Assembly (NCBI GenBank): GCA_050302175.1
Contig: JBNLAN010000016.1
Location: forward strand, 6,957 to 70,956
Reading direction: 5' to 3'
DNA from: Mariprofundaceae bacterium
Lineage (GTDB): Bacteria; Pseudomonadota; Zetaproteobacteria; Mariprofundales; Mariprofundaceae
DNA length: 64,000 bases
In this document: one piece after another, positions 29,757-40,805 of the stretch
Position numbering within the stretch: position 1 is the stretch's first letter
Layout of the letters: the number at the start of each line of letters is the position of its first letter
Position numbers and translations under genes: made by a program
The notes under the pieces: model-generated
Databases searched by the model: none
Told to the model about the DNA's origin: nothing
Seen by the model: only the letters and a program-made list of their open reading frames with translations

Positions 29757-30260
29757 TTAACCTTTTTTTGCTTCCTTTGCAGAAAGCGGCTGGAAACTAA
29801 TGCTTTTCAGCCAAAGTTTCCAATCGGGAGAATCCGGCCCGAATAGTTCCGGGAACTCCTGATACAGCCATCCACGGTAGATTATCTCTTCGCCCTGAAC
29901 GACCTCAACAAACGCGGCGGGATTATGCACATTTTCATCCAGAATGTAAGACCCTGATTGCAGTCTTAATCCACTTGCCAACCCCAGCAGGTTGATCTGT
30001 ATATTCTGTGCGGGAACAGGAACAGGAGTACCGAGCTCTATCTCAATCTCCAGCAAATGCGTGGTTGCCTTATCAAGCAGCACCAGCGTTGCCCTACCCG
30101 GCTTCACAGCCCAGACGGGGACTTCGCCTTCAACACCGCCCTTATCGCTGCCATGCGCATCTTCCTGCGCCGTCAGCGGCAGCTGCCACTCAATATCGGC
30201 ACTCTCCTGCTCACCGCAACTGGCAAGCGAGAGCAACAGGCAGCAGATAACGATCCGCAA
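29757..30260 (-). CDS. lipoprotein, DUF2155-like
   Basis: The part of the ORF above 30263 overlaps tRNA-Ser. TTG 30260 gives M-RIVICCLLLSLASCGEQ, a classic lipobox. The C-terminal block YRGWLYQEFPELFGPDSPDWKLWL resembles DUF2155. No SD visible. Confidence 0.5.
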   Translation of the reverse strand: MRIVICCLLLSLASCGEQESADIEWQLPLTAQEDAHGSDKGGVEGEVPVWAVKPGRATLVLLDKATTHLLEIEIELGTPVPVPAQNIQINLLGLASGLRLQSGSYILDENVHNPAAFVEVVQGEEIIYRGWLYQEFPELFGPDSPDWKLWLKSISFQPLSAKEAKKG

Positions 30261-30262
30261 AG

Positions 30263-30355
30263 TGGCGGAGAGAGAGGGATTCGAACCCTCGATACCAGTA
30301 TAATTGGTATAACACCTTAGCAGGGTGCCGCTTTCGACCACTCAGCCATCTCTCC
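30263..30355 (-). tRNA. tRNA-Ser (anticodon GCT)
   Basis: GGAGAGA acceptor, anticodon loop CTGCTAA, long variable arm (ATACCA/TGGTAT), T-loop TTCGAAT, encoded CCA. Confidence 0.9.
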
Positions 30356-30440
30356 GTTGTTTTTCGATGCCAGAAAACCACAGACCGGCAAGTGAGATCA
30401 AATACTGTTTATTCACCATGCCTCCTGTTCCTTATTTTGC

Positions 30441-30528
30441 TGGCGGAAGGGGTGGGATTTGAACCCACGAATGGTTTCCCATTGCCGGTTTTCAAGACCG
30501 GTGCATTCAGCCGCTCTGCCACCCTTCC
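30441..30528 (-). tRNA. tRNA-Ser (anticodon TGA)
   Basis: GGAAGGG acceptor, anticodon loop CTTGAAA, long variable arm, T-loop TTCAAAT, encoded CCA. Confidence 0.9.
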
Positions 30529-30558
30529 AGATGCATCACTTTTTCAAGTCGCGACAAT

Positions 30559-31838
30559 CTAACGATTTGTGACCACCTGTAAACCGCCCATGTACGGTTG
30601 CAAAGCGCTAGGAATACATACGCTGCCATCGGTCTGCCAGCCATTTTCCAGGATTGCCACGAGCGTGCGTCCGATAGCAAGTCCGGAACCGTTCAGGGTA
30701 GCAACTGGTACCATTTTACCGTCGGCATCGCGCATGCGAATACCTGCCCTTCTGCCCTGAAACTGACCAACGGAGGAGCAGGATGAGATCTCGCGATACG
30801 CCTGCTGGCTCGGCAGCCACACTTCGAGGTCGTAGGTTTTTTCTGCTGCAAAGCCCATATCGCCAGCGCACAGCACTACTTTGCGGTACGGCAGCTCCAA
30901 GGCCTGCAGGACGGCTTCGGCATGCGAGGTGAGCTTCTCAAGCTGCTCCAGCGCTTTGTCAGCTTCACAGAGATGCACCAGCTCCACCTTGTCGAACTGA
31001 TGCTGGCGGATCATGCCGCGCACATCGCGCCCGGCTGAGCCCGCCTCACGGCGGAAACACGGTGTATAGGCGCAGTTCAGAATCGGCAACTGGGATGATT
31101 CCAGCGTCTGCTCACGGTACAGATTGGTCACCGACACCTCAGCGGTTGGAATGAGATAGGCATCCTCCCCTTCGAGCTTGTAGCTATCCTCTGCAAATTT
31201 CGGCAACTGGCCGGTACCGGTCATCGATTTACTATGCACAATCGCCGGAGTCCACACCTCTTCGTAGCCATGCTTGTCGACATGGGTATCCAGCATGAAC
31301 TGCATTAGCGCGCGTTCAAGGCGTGAGCCAAGCCCCCGCAGCACGGTAAAACGGCTACCGGAAATACGCGCCCCCGCCTCGAAATCGAGAATGCCGAGAT
31401 CGGTGCCAATATCCCAGTGCGCCGGCACTTCATCGGTTCGCGGCGTTCCCCAGCGCAGAATTTCGACATTCTCTTCTTCACTGGTGCCATCCGGCACAGA
31501 AGCATGCGGCAGATTCGGGATCTCCAGCAACGTACCGGCAAAAGCCTCTTCAGCCTCTTTTGTCTCCGTTTCAAGCTGCTTCACAAGGCGTGAAACCTCA
31601 CCCATGCGCGCCAATTCATCTGCAGCATCCTCGCCCTTGGCCTTTTTCTGGCCAATCAGTTTGGAGACGCTGTTGCGTTCCGATTGCAAGCGCTCCAGTT
31701 CGCTCTTAAGCGTCCGCTGGCGCACATCCAGCTCACGTGCCCTGCCCCACGGACTCTCCGGCCCTGTGACCTCAGCGCCACGACGCGCTAGCGCCGCCTG
31801 CATCGTTTCAAATTGTGTTCGAAAATCCTTGCGATCAA

Positions 31839-31842
<4 letters not shown>
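30559..31842 (-). CDS. serS: serine--tRNA ligase
   Basis: 427 aa with an N-terminal coiled-coil arm and a class II core ([40 protein letters not shown]). ATGA overlap with the gyrA stop. Confidence 0.95.
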
Positions 31843-34328
<2,486 letters not shown>

Positions 34329-34362
34329 CGGGAATCCTCCAAAGCGCGAAATGCCTAAATCA

Positions 34363-34439
<77 letters not shown>

Positions 34440-34513
34440 TGAAATTGGAGTCCAATCATACCTGCCGACGTCAACAAATAAACCTTTAAACGTCGAGAAA
34501 ACGGAAATAATTC

Positions 34514-35041
34514 CTAGTAATGAATCAGGCTGCGCACAAGGGTATCGTGAAGCCTTTCACTCCCCTTGAGGAAATCGAGCTCAATCACAAAAAGGCAGAT
34601 GGAAACTTCGGCTCCAAGCGCGCGAACCAGATCAACCGTCGCCCGGGCCGTACCCCCTGTAGCCAGCAGGTCGTCAACAATCGCCACTTTGTGCCCATGA
34701 TTGAGCGCATCGCGGTGAATCTCCAGCCTGTCCATGCCGTATTCAAGCTCATAATCGATTCCGTGCGTATCGGCAGGCAGCTTGCCGGGCTTGCGTACCG
34801 GCACAAACCCAAGCCCGACATGAGCCGCCAGTGCAGCACCAAACAGAAAGCCTCTGGACTCCATGCCGACAATCACTTCCACCTCTTCGGGTAGCTGCTC
34901 CGCCAGCGCATCAATCGACGCGCGAAACGCAGCGCCATCAGCTAAAAGAGGCGTAATATCCTTGAAAACGATACCCTCTTTCGGGAAATCCTTGATGTCG
35001 CGTATATAGTCGCGCAAATCCTGTGCTGTGTGAGTATTCAA
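34514..35041 (-). CDS. apt: adenine phosphoribosyltransferase
   Basis: IKDFPKEGIVFKDITPLL and the PRPP motif VAIVDDLLATGGT. TTG 35041 is preceded by GGGAGGAG, and the ORF-track start is further upstream. Confidence 0.9.
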   Translation of the reverse strand: MNTHTAQDLRDYIRDIKDFPKEGIVFKDITPLLADGAAFRASIDALAEQLPEEVEVIVGMESRGFLFGAALAAHVGLGFVPVRKPGKLPADTHGIDYELEYGMDRLEIHRDALNHGHKVAIVDDLLATGGTARATVDLVRALGAEVSICLFVIELDFLKGSERLHDTLVRSLIHY

Positions 35042-35123
35042 AAATCTCCTCCCGATCAAGCAAGTATCAGGGAAGCATACCGGGGCTTCGTGCAGAATCA
35101 ATTCTGCATCACTAATTTACGGG

Positions 35124-35969
35124 TTAAAGCATCTCTTCGAGACTAATGTTTTCAGATTCGACCAGCTTGCGAAGCTTCTGCATCGCCACCACCTGAATCT
35201 GGCGAATACGTTCACGAGTGACACCCATATGCTCGCCGATGGATTCGAGTGTCCATGGCTCATTCGTATCTTCCAGCCCAAACCGCAGGCGAACCACTTC
35301 CGACTCCTTATCGTTGAGCTGATCCAGCCAGCGATTGATCAGCTGATCACGCACCATCTCATCAAAGTGCCCGGATGGACTCTCAGCCTTTTCATCCTCA
35401 GTGATATCGTAGATGGTATAATCGCCATCGCTGTGCAACACCACATCAGCACTCTCCATTGGCAGGTTGATATGCTGCAAATCCTGAACCCGTTGTGCGC
35501 TCTTACCGGAGAGTTCTGCAATTTCAGATTCGGAAGGTTCGCGACCAAGGTCGGCGCGCAATCTCGAGGCGACCCGCATCATGGCATTAAACTCCTTACT
35601 CACATGTACGGGCAGACGAATAGTGCGAGATTGATTCATTATGGCGCGTTCGATCGACTGTCTGATCCACCAGGTTGCATAGGTTGAAAAGCGACAGCCG
35701 TAGCCATCATCAAACTTTTCAACCGCGCGCATCAACCCGAGGTTTCCCTCCTCGATCATATCCTGAAGCGCCAACCCGCGATTGATATACCTGCGTGCGA
35801 TCTTCACAACCAGACGCAGATTGGCATTGATCATCTTCTCACGCGCACTGTTTTCACCTTTTGCAATTGCACGAGAAAGTTCCACCTCCTCCTCAGCTGT
35901 GAGAAGATCATGCTGCGAAATCTCGCGCATATACAGAGTCATTGAATCCACACTGTGACGCTTCGCCAT
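35124..35969 (-). CDS. rpoS: RNA polymerase sigma factor, sigma-70 family group 2 (RpoS-like)
   Basis: Regions 2-4 present (NLRLVVKIARRY, EGNLGLMRAVEKFD, STYATWWIRQSI, C-terminal HTH TLESIGEHMGVTRERIRQIQ). It sits directly downstream of nlpD and pcm, as in gamma-proteobacteria. Confidence 0.78.
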   Translation of the reverse strand: MAKRHSVDSMTLYMREISQHDLLTAEEEVELSRAIAKGENSAREKMINANLRLVVKIARRYINRGLALQDMIEEGNLGLMRAVEKFDDGYGCRFSTYATWWIRQSIERAIMNQSRTIRLPVHVSKEFNAMMRVASRLRADLGREPSESEIAELSGKSAQRVQDLQHINLPMESADVVLHSDGDYTIYDITEDEKAESPSGHFDEMVRDQLINRWLDQLNDKESEVVRLRFGLEDTNEPWTLESIGEHMGVTRERIRQIQVVAMQKLRKLVESENISLEEML

Positions 35970-36011
35970 GCTTTCCCCCGAACACCAGGCTATACCCAAA
36001 ACGTATTTTCG

Positions 36012-36767
36012 TCATCTGGGCAAGTAAGCGGTCGGATCAACCGGTGTGGAACCGCGCCGCACTTCAAAGTGAAGGTGAGGCCCTGTTGCCCGGCCGGTCT
36101 GCCCAACCCTTGCGATGACATCACCTGCTTTCACCTTTGCTCCCTTGCTAACAAGGTTGCGCTGATTGTGGGCATATGCGGTAAACAGATCGTGACCGTG
36201 CCGAATAATGATTAACTTTCCATAACCGGCCAAACGATGATCCGAATACACCACCTCACCACTGCCAGCGGCTCGAACAGGCGTCCCCTCCGCTGCAGCA
36301 ATATCGATGCCATCATGCGCCCGACCATTGCGATTACCAAAATGACTGGTGACTTTTCCACTGAGCGGCCACAGCAATTTACGGCCATTGCTGGCTGGAG
36401 GCAGCGACACGGCTGTTGTCTGTTGTGGCTGGCTGCTCGGGTGTTTCTCCGCAGGCTTGCGGCTGTCCTGAGTAGACGGAATCGGCATATACTCGGCACG
36501 GGGTGCAGTGCGATGCAGAAACAGCTCCTGCCCGACGTAGATCGCATATGAGGAATCGATACGATTGCGGCGAGCCAGCAGCCTGTAATCAATCCCAAAG
36601 CGTTTACCGATGCTGTAAAGGGTATCCCCCCGGCGAACCTGATAGGTATGCTCGGATGTAAGCTTGCCGGTCGCATGGGGAAGACGGCCAGGAACCGTCG
36701 TCCTGTAGCAGCCTGCCAGACTCACCAATAACGCAAACAGCAAAAGAATTCTTATCGCATATACCAT
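36012..36767 (-). CDS. nlpD: LysM + M23 peptidase lipoprotein (NlpD-like)
   Basis: Lipobox LVSLAGC, LysM (YQVRRGDTLYSIGKRFG) and an M23 domain (HDGIDIAAAEGTPV ... GPHLHFEVR). Confidence 0.85.
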   Translation of the reverse strand: MVYAIRILLLFALLVSLAGCYRTTVPGRLPHATGKLTSEHTYQVRRGDTLYSIGKRFGIDYRLLARRNRIDSSYAIYVGQELFLHRTAPRAEYMPIPSTQDSRKPAEKHPSSQPQQTTAVSLPPASNGRKLLWPLSGKVTSHFGNRNGRAHDGIDIAAAEGTPVRAAGSGEVVYSDHRLAGYGKLIIIRHGHDLFTAYAHNQRNLVSKGAKVKAGDVIARVGQTGRATGPHLHFEVRRGSTPVDPTAYLPR

Positions 36768-37411
36768 AAACCTGCAAAGCCCATCGCAACCAGTATTACG
36801 ACCAGCACCGTAATCCATTCAAAGTACTTTTCAACCAGTTCGCGCATGTAATTTCCACCCCAGCGAAGCAATGCACCCTCCATACCAAAGCGTGCCGCCC
36901 GGGAGACCATGGCAGCCAAAATAAACGGCAAAAAGGCAAAATCGAATGCGCCTGCAGCAATCGTGATCACCTTAAACGGAATCGGTGAGAATCCGGCAAT
37001 CATGACAAACCAGACCCCCCATTCGGTAAAATAACCCTGCACGCTCGAAAACGTATCCATCGCGCCATAAAAGCTCAGAACAGGCTCCGCCACTGCCGCG
37101 AAAAGCAGCATACCGATCAGATAGCCAATAACGGCTCCAAAGGTGGAACCCGCGGTTGCAACCAGTGCCAGCCGGAGTCCAGACTCCGGCCGCGCCAGAG
37201 CCATGGCAATCAACAAGACATCGGGAGGAATAGGGAACACACTGGCTTCGATCATGGCAATGACAAACAGCGCGATGTGAGCATGTGGATGTGCAGCCCA
37301 CGACAGCGTCCAGTGATACCAGCGCCTCAATAATGGCAGACGAGGTACATGCCCGATCTCTTCATGTGAATCAGTGATTTTCAACTCCCTGCAACAACGG
37401 TACGAACACAC
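36752..37411 (-). CDS. YqaA/DedA-superfamily inner-membrane protein
   Basis: Polytopic protein with IEASVFPIPPDVLLIAM and SPIPFKVITIAAGAF blocks. Start uncertain: the ORF-track start overlaps pcm by 41 nt. Confidence 0.65.
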   Translation of the reverse strand: MCSYRCCRELKITDSHEEIGHVPRLPLLRRWYHWTLSWAAHPHAHIALFVIAMIEASVFPIPPDVLLIAMALARPESGLRLALVATAGSTFGAVIGYLIGMLLFAAVAEPVLSFYGAMDTFSSVQGYFTEWGVWFVMIAGFSPIPFKVITIAAGAFDFAFLPFILAAMVSRAARFGMEGALLRWGGNYMRELVEKYFEWITVLVVILVAMGFAGLWYMR

Positions 37412-38024
37412 AGGAATCGAATGTTTCCCGGATGATGTTGTCGCCCGATTTACTCAAACGAACCAGAATATGCTGCCCCGCATCGCCTTCCGGCATAACC
37501 AGCACGCCGCCATCCTTGAGTTGCTCAAGCCAGACATCCGGTGCCAGCCCTCCTGCAGCCACAAGAATCGCATCGAACGGCGCATAATCTTCCCAGCCCA
37601 GACGGCCATCACCGCACTTCAGCATCACATTGGCATGCCGCGCCTGTCTTAAATTTTTCCTAGCTCGTTCATGCAGCGCCTGGATACGTTCAATGCTGTA
37701 CACCCGCTTGCACAACCGGGACAACACGGCGGTCTGATAACCGCACCCCGTACCGATCTCCAGTACCCGCTCCTGCCCCTTCAGTTCTAGAAGCTGGCTC
37801 ATTTTGGCCACCATATAGGGCTGAGAAATCGTTTGGCCCGAGCCGATCGGCAGTGCAGAATCATGATAGGCGCGACTGGCTAGCGCAGGATCGACAAAAA
37901 GATGCCTCGGCACACTCCGCATGGCTTCCAGCACGCGAGGATCGGTAATGCCCCGTGGTTTGAGCTGTTCTTCCACCATGCGTCGACGCGGTCGCTCGTA
38001 GGTGACAAGGCTGTTTCCGAGCAT
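37371..38024 (-). CDS. pcm: protein-L-isoaspartate O-methyltransferase
   Basis: 217 aa with the QTISQPYMVA motif and SAM motif VLEIGTGCGYQTAVL. Confidence 0.92.
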   Translation of the reverse strand: MLGNSLVTYERPRRRMVEEQLKPRGITDPRVLEAMRSVPRHLFVDPALASRAYHDSALPIGSGQTISQPYMVAKMSQLLELKGQERVLEIGTGCGYQTAVLSRLCKRVYSIERIQALHERARKNLRQARHANVMLKCGDGRLGWEDYAPFDAILVAAGGLAPDVWLEQLKDGGVLVMPEGDAGQHILVRLSKSGDNIIRETFDSCVFVPLLQGVENH

Positions 38025-38068
38025 GGCGATAATTGCCGGGTTAGATGTGTATGGGGATTAGTAAAGAA

Positions 38069-38145
38069 TGGTCGGGACGAGAGGATTCGAACCTCCGACC
38101 ACCAGTCCCCCAGACTGGTGCGCTACCAGGCTGCGCTACGTCCCG
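38069..38145 (-). tRNA. tRNA-Pro (anticodon GGG)
   Basis: CGGGACG/CGTCCCG acceptor, anticodon loop CTGGGGG, T-loop TTCGAAT, encoded CCA. Confidence 0.9.
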
Positions 38146-38173
38146 ATTCTGTGCGAAACAAATGCCGGCAATG

Positions 38174-38551
38174 TTAGTCATTAAGAAGTTCGAGAATCGA
38201 AGCCAGCTCTTTCCTCAAGGCCTTCAGCGTATCCTGAGCATCGCTTTGTTCAACGATCTCCGAAATATCGCCATTCATCAAGCGCTTTTTGGCACCCCGT
38301 ATAGTGAAATTCAGATCATAGAGCAGGTGCTTGATTTGCAGCACAGCATGCACGTCACGATGGCGATAGAAACGACGATTACCGCTCTTCTTAACCGGTT
38401 TGATATGGCGGAACTCGGTTTCCCAATAGCGTAATACATGGGGCTCGACACCACAAAGGTCACTGACCTCACGAATCGAGAAAAACAGTTTATCGGGAAG
38501 CTCCGGAGCTTCGATACCAAGGTTAGGAAGCTGCTGCAGCTGTGTACTCAC
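38174..38551 (-). CDS. MerR-family transcriptional regulator (ihfA-linked type)
   Basis: [31 protein letters not shown]-type overlap with the ihfA stop. Confidence 0.8.
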   Translation of the reverse strand: MSTQLQQLPNLGIEAPELPDKLFFSIREVSDLCGVEPHVLRYWETEFRHIKPVKKSGNRRFYRHRDVHAVLQIKHLLYDLNFTIRGAKKRLMNGDISEIVEQSDAQDTLKALRKELASILELLND

Positions 38552-38841
38552 TCAGCCTCCTCCACCAAACGTTTCTTCAGAACCTGACTGGCACGAAATG
38601 AGACGATCTGCCGGGAAGAGATGGTGATCTCACTGCCGGTTTTGGGGTTGCGACCCCGTCGGGCATTTTTACTTCTCACCATAAAGTGACCGAAGCCGGA
38701 AAGCTTGACGTCCTCACTCTTTTCAAGGGAGCCACGAATAACATCCAGAACCGCATCGACAATCTGGCCCGACTCCTTTTTGGAAAGGCCAACCCGTTCG
38801 TGAACTATTCTGGCAATTTCAGCTTTCGTCAAAGTATCCAC
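38548..38841 (-). CDS. ihfA: integration host factor subunit alpha
   Basis: 97-aa HU/IHF fold with LTKAEIA..., GFGHFMVRSKNARRGRNPKTGSEI. Confidence 0.9.
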   Translation of the reverse strand: MDTLTKAEIARIVHERVGLSKKESGQIVDAVLDVIRGSLEKSEDVKLSGFGHFMVRSKNARRGRNPKTGSEITISSRQIVSFRASQVLKKRLVEEAE

Positions 38842-38905
38842 CTTGCTCCGAAAATTTAGAAAGTACTTGCGGAGGTTAGCAGAACATGTTGATTTGTCAA
38901 AGCTT

Positions 38906-39577
38906 TTACCGAATCGACTCTTCGATGATTCCTGCTTTCAGCATCAGGCGCCGATCAGACAGCTGCGCCAACTTCTCACTATGGGTCACCATCGCCACAG
39001 CCGCCCCCTCTTCCGCACACAATTCGCGCATAGCACTGAAGACCTCAGCCGCGGTTTTTTCATCGAGATTTCCCGTCGGCTCATCAGCCAGTAAAAGCCT
39101 AGGGCGCCCCACCAGAGCTCTTGCAACAGCCACCCGCTGCGCCTCTCCGCCCGAAAGCCGGGAAGGCACATGCCGCAGACGCTCTTGCAAACCTAGCCTG
39201 TCAAGCAAGGCTTCGGCACGCTGGTACGCCTCTTGTTTTTCGCCACGAATCAGCAGGGGCAACGCCACGTTTTCAAGTGCCGTCAATTCGGGAATTAAAT
39301 GGTGCGCCTGATAGACAAAGCCGATTTTGCGATTGCGCACAGCCGCCTGTTGCTTTGCCTGCATATCCAGCAGGGACTCCCCATCAAGCTCCACACTTCC
39401 TGAATCGGCAACATCGAGCGTACCGACCACCTGCAACAGGGTGCTTTTCCCCGAGCCGGACTCACCGACAATCGCAACGAATTCGCCCTTCTGTATGGAG
39501 AAGTTGACGCCCTTTAATACCGGCACCTCCCCAGACGGAGCATGATAGCTCTTATGAATCTGATTAACTTCGAGCAC
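38906..39577 (-). CDS. lolD: lipoprotein-releasing system ATP-binding protein
   Basis: Walker A GESGSGKST, signature LSGGEAQR and Walker B LLLADEPTGNLD. The LolD-like FVYQAHHLIPELTALENVALP block is present. Confidence 0.88.
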   Translation of the reverse strand: MLEVNQIHKSYHAPSGEVPVLKGVNFSIQKGEFVAIVGESGSGKSTLLQVVGTLDVADSGSVELDGESLLDMQAKQQAAVRNRKIGFVYQAHHLIPELTALENVALPLLIRGEKQEAYQRAEALLDRLGLQERLRHVPSRLSGGEAQRVAVARALVGRPRLLLADEPTGNLDEKTAAEVFSAMRELCAEEGAAVAMVTHSEKLAQLSDRRLMLKAGIIEESIR

Positions 39578-39587
39578 GAATAAAACC

Positions 39588-40799
39588 CTAGCGACTCAAC
39601 AGTGCCTTGATGGTCTCCTGCACTCGCTGCTTCTGGTAGGCGTCAACAATTTTGCGCACGGTCGGATAGGTCGCAACAAGCTCATCGAAACTGGCGCGCT
39701 TAAGCTCCATCACCTCAACATCGGTCTCGGCTGCAACCGTAGCTGTACGGGGTCGGTCGGTCCGCAAGGCCACCTCACCGAAAAATCCACCCTCGCCCAT
39801 TTTTCCGAGGAACACCTCTTCGCCGGGCCGCTTCACATCGTGCGTATAAATATTCACGATACCCGAGCGAACCAGATAAAAGGTATCACCTGCTTCACCC
39901 TCGACGACAATCTTCTCTCCAGCGGCAAACGTGCGCAACTCGAAACGATCAGCCAGCGCAAGCCTGGCATCCTGCGGCACACCTTCGAACACAGGGGTTA
40001 TCGCCAAAACTCTCGCCAATACCCGACGGCGATAGAAATCCTCAACCGTATTCTGAATGCTTGGATATTTTGCAACCCATGCATCAAAGGTGTCACGGTC
40101 GATCATCAATACGCTGCATTCGGACTCGGCTATGGCTGCATCGGAGTGGTTCGTGCGCGACATAAAGGCATGTTCACCAAAAAAGTCGCCTTCGATCAGG
40201 TGTGAGAACATCCGCATATTACCGGAGGAGTCACGCGTCTCCAGACGAACACTCCCCATGCCGATAATATAGAGATAGCTGCCGTGATCGCCCTCCTTAT
40301 AGAGGTAGTCTCCGGCATCGACACTGCGTAACTGCAAAGAGTCCATGAAGGCTTCCAGCTCATCGCCCGACAAACCGGAAAGAAGCGGTGTGCGCTCAAA
40401 TGAGAGTTTGGCCTTATCGACATTGCTGATATTTGTAGTGTTAATCGAATCGACAGAAGAGATCGTGCTGATCGCCCAATCGTCGCCTCGTTCGTTGGAG
40501 AGCTCTTTCAGCTTATCCTTCACCTGGGTCTGGGTCGGATCAAGCCGCAAAATGATCTTGTTAATCGCAATCGCCTGAATGGCAAAGCCCTGTTCGGCAT
40601 AGATATTGGCGATTTTCAGGTAATCCTTGACGGCCCCGTCAGTATCCCCTGTTTTTTCACGCAGTTCGGCCAGCTTCACAAAAGTGCGCAGGTCTCCGGG
40701 CTCCTCTTTGTGCAGCTCGGCAAAATACTCCAGCGCCTTTTTGTATTTACCGTCGAGCAGCGCTTTCTTGGCGCTGTTTCTTAATTGTGCAACTGACAT
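39588..40799 (-). CDS. TPR-like N-terminal domain + two cyclic-nucleotide-binding domains
   Basis: 403 aa. The N-terminal helical repeats include KYKKALEYFAELHKEEPGD. Two cNMP-binding beta-barrels carry FFGEHAF...A and FFGEVALRTDRPRTATVAA (the PBC-like RTA motif). Confidence 0.8.
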   Translation of the reverse strand: MSVAQLRNSAKKALLDGKYKKALEYFAELHKEEPGDLRTFVKLAELREKTGDTDGAVKDYLKIANIYAEQGFAIQAIAINKIILRLDPTQTQVKDKLKELSNERGDDWAISTISSVDSINTTNISNVDKAKLSFERTPLLSGLSGDELEAFMDSLQLRSVDAGDYLYKEGDHGSYLYIIGMGSVRLETRDSSGNMRMFSHLIEGDFFGEHAFMSRTNHSDAAIAESECSVLMIDRDTFDAWVAKYPSIQNTVEDFYRRRVLARVLAITPVFEGVPQDARLALADRFELRTFAAGEKIVVEGEAGDTFYLVRSGIVNIYTHDVKRPGEEVFLGKMGEGGFFGEVALRTDRPRTATVAAETDVEVMELKRASFDELVATYPTVRKIVDAYQKQRVQETIKALLSR

Positions 40800-40805
40800 A
40801 CCCGT

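Noticed and set aside
30261-30341. 5' extension of the 194-aa ORF-track product (GTG 30341).
   Set aside because: The first 27 codons are the reverse complement of tRNA-Ser(GCT). The true CDS, if real, must start at or below 30260.
29600-30560. tRNA cluster considered as a possible integration site of a genomic island or prophage.
   Set aside because: I found no integrase, no direct repeat of a tRNA 3' end and no phage-like genes nearby. The only inserted gene is a small lipoprotein.
36212-36676. 154-aa minus-strand ORF in an alternative frame of nlpD.
   Set aside because: It is on the same strand as nlpD but out of frame with it. nlpD carries clear LysM and M23 motifs, whereas this frame is Arg/Cys/Ala-rich and has no features.
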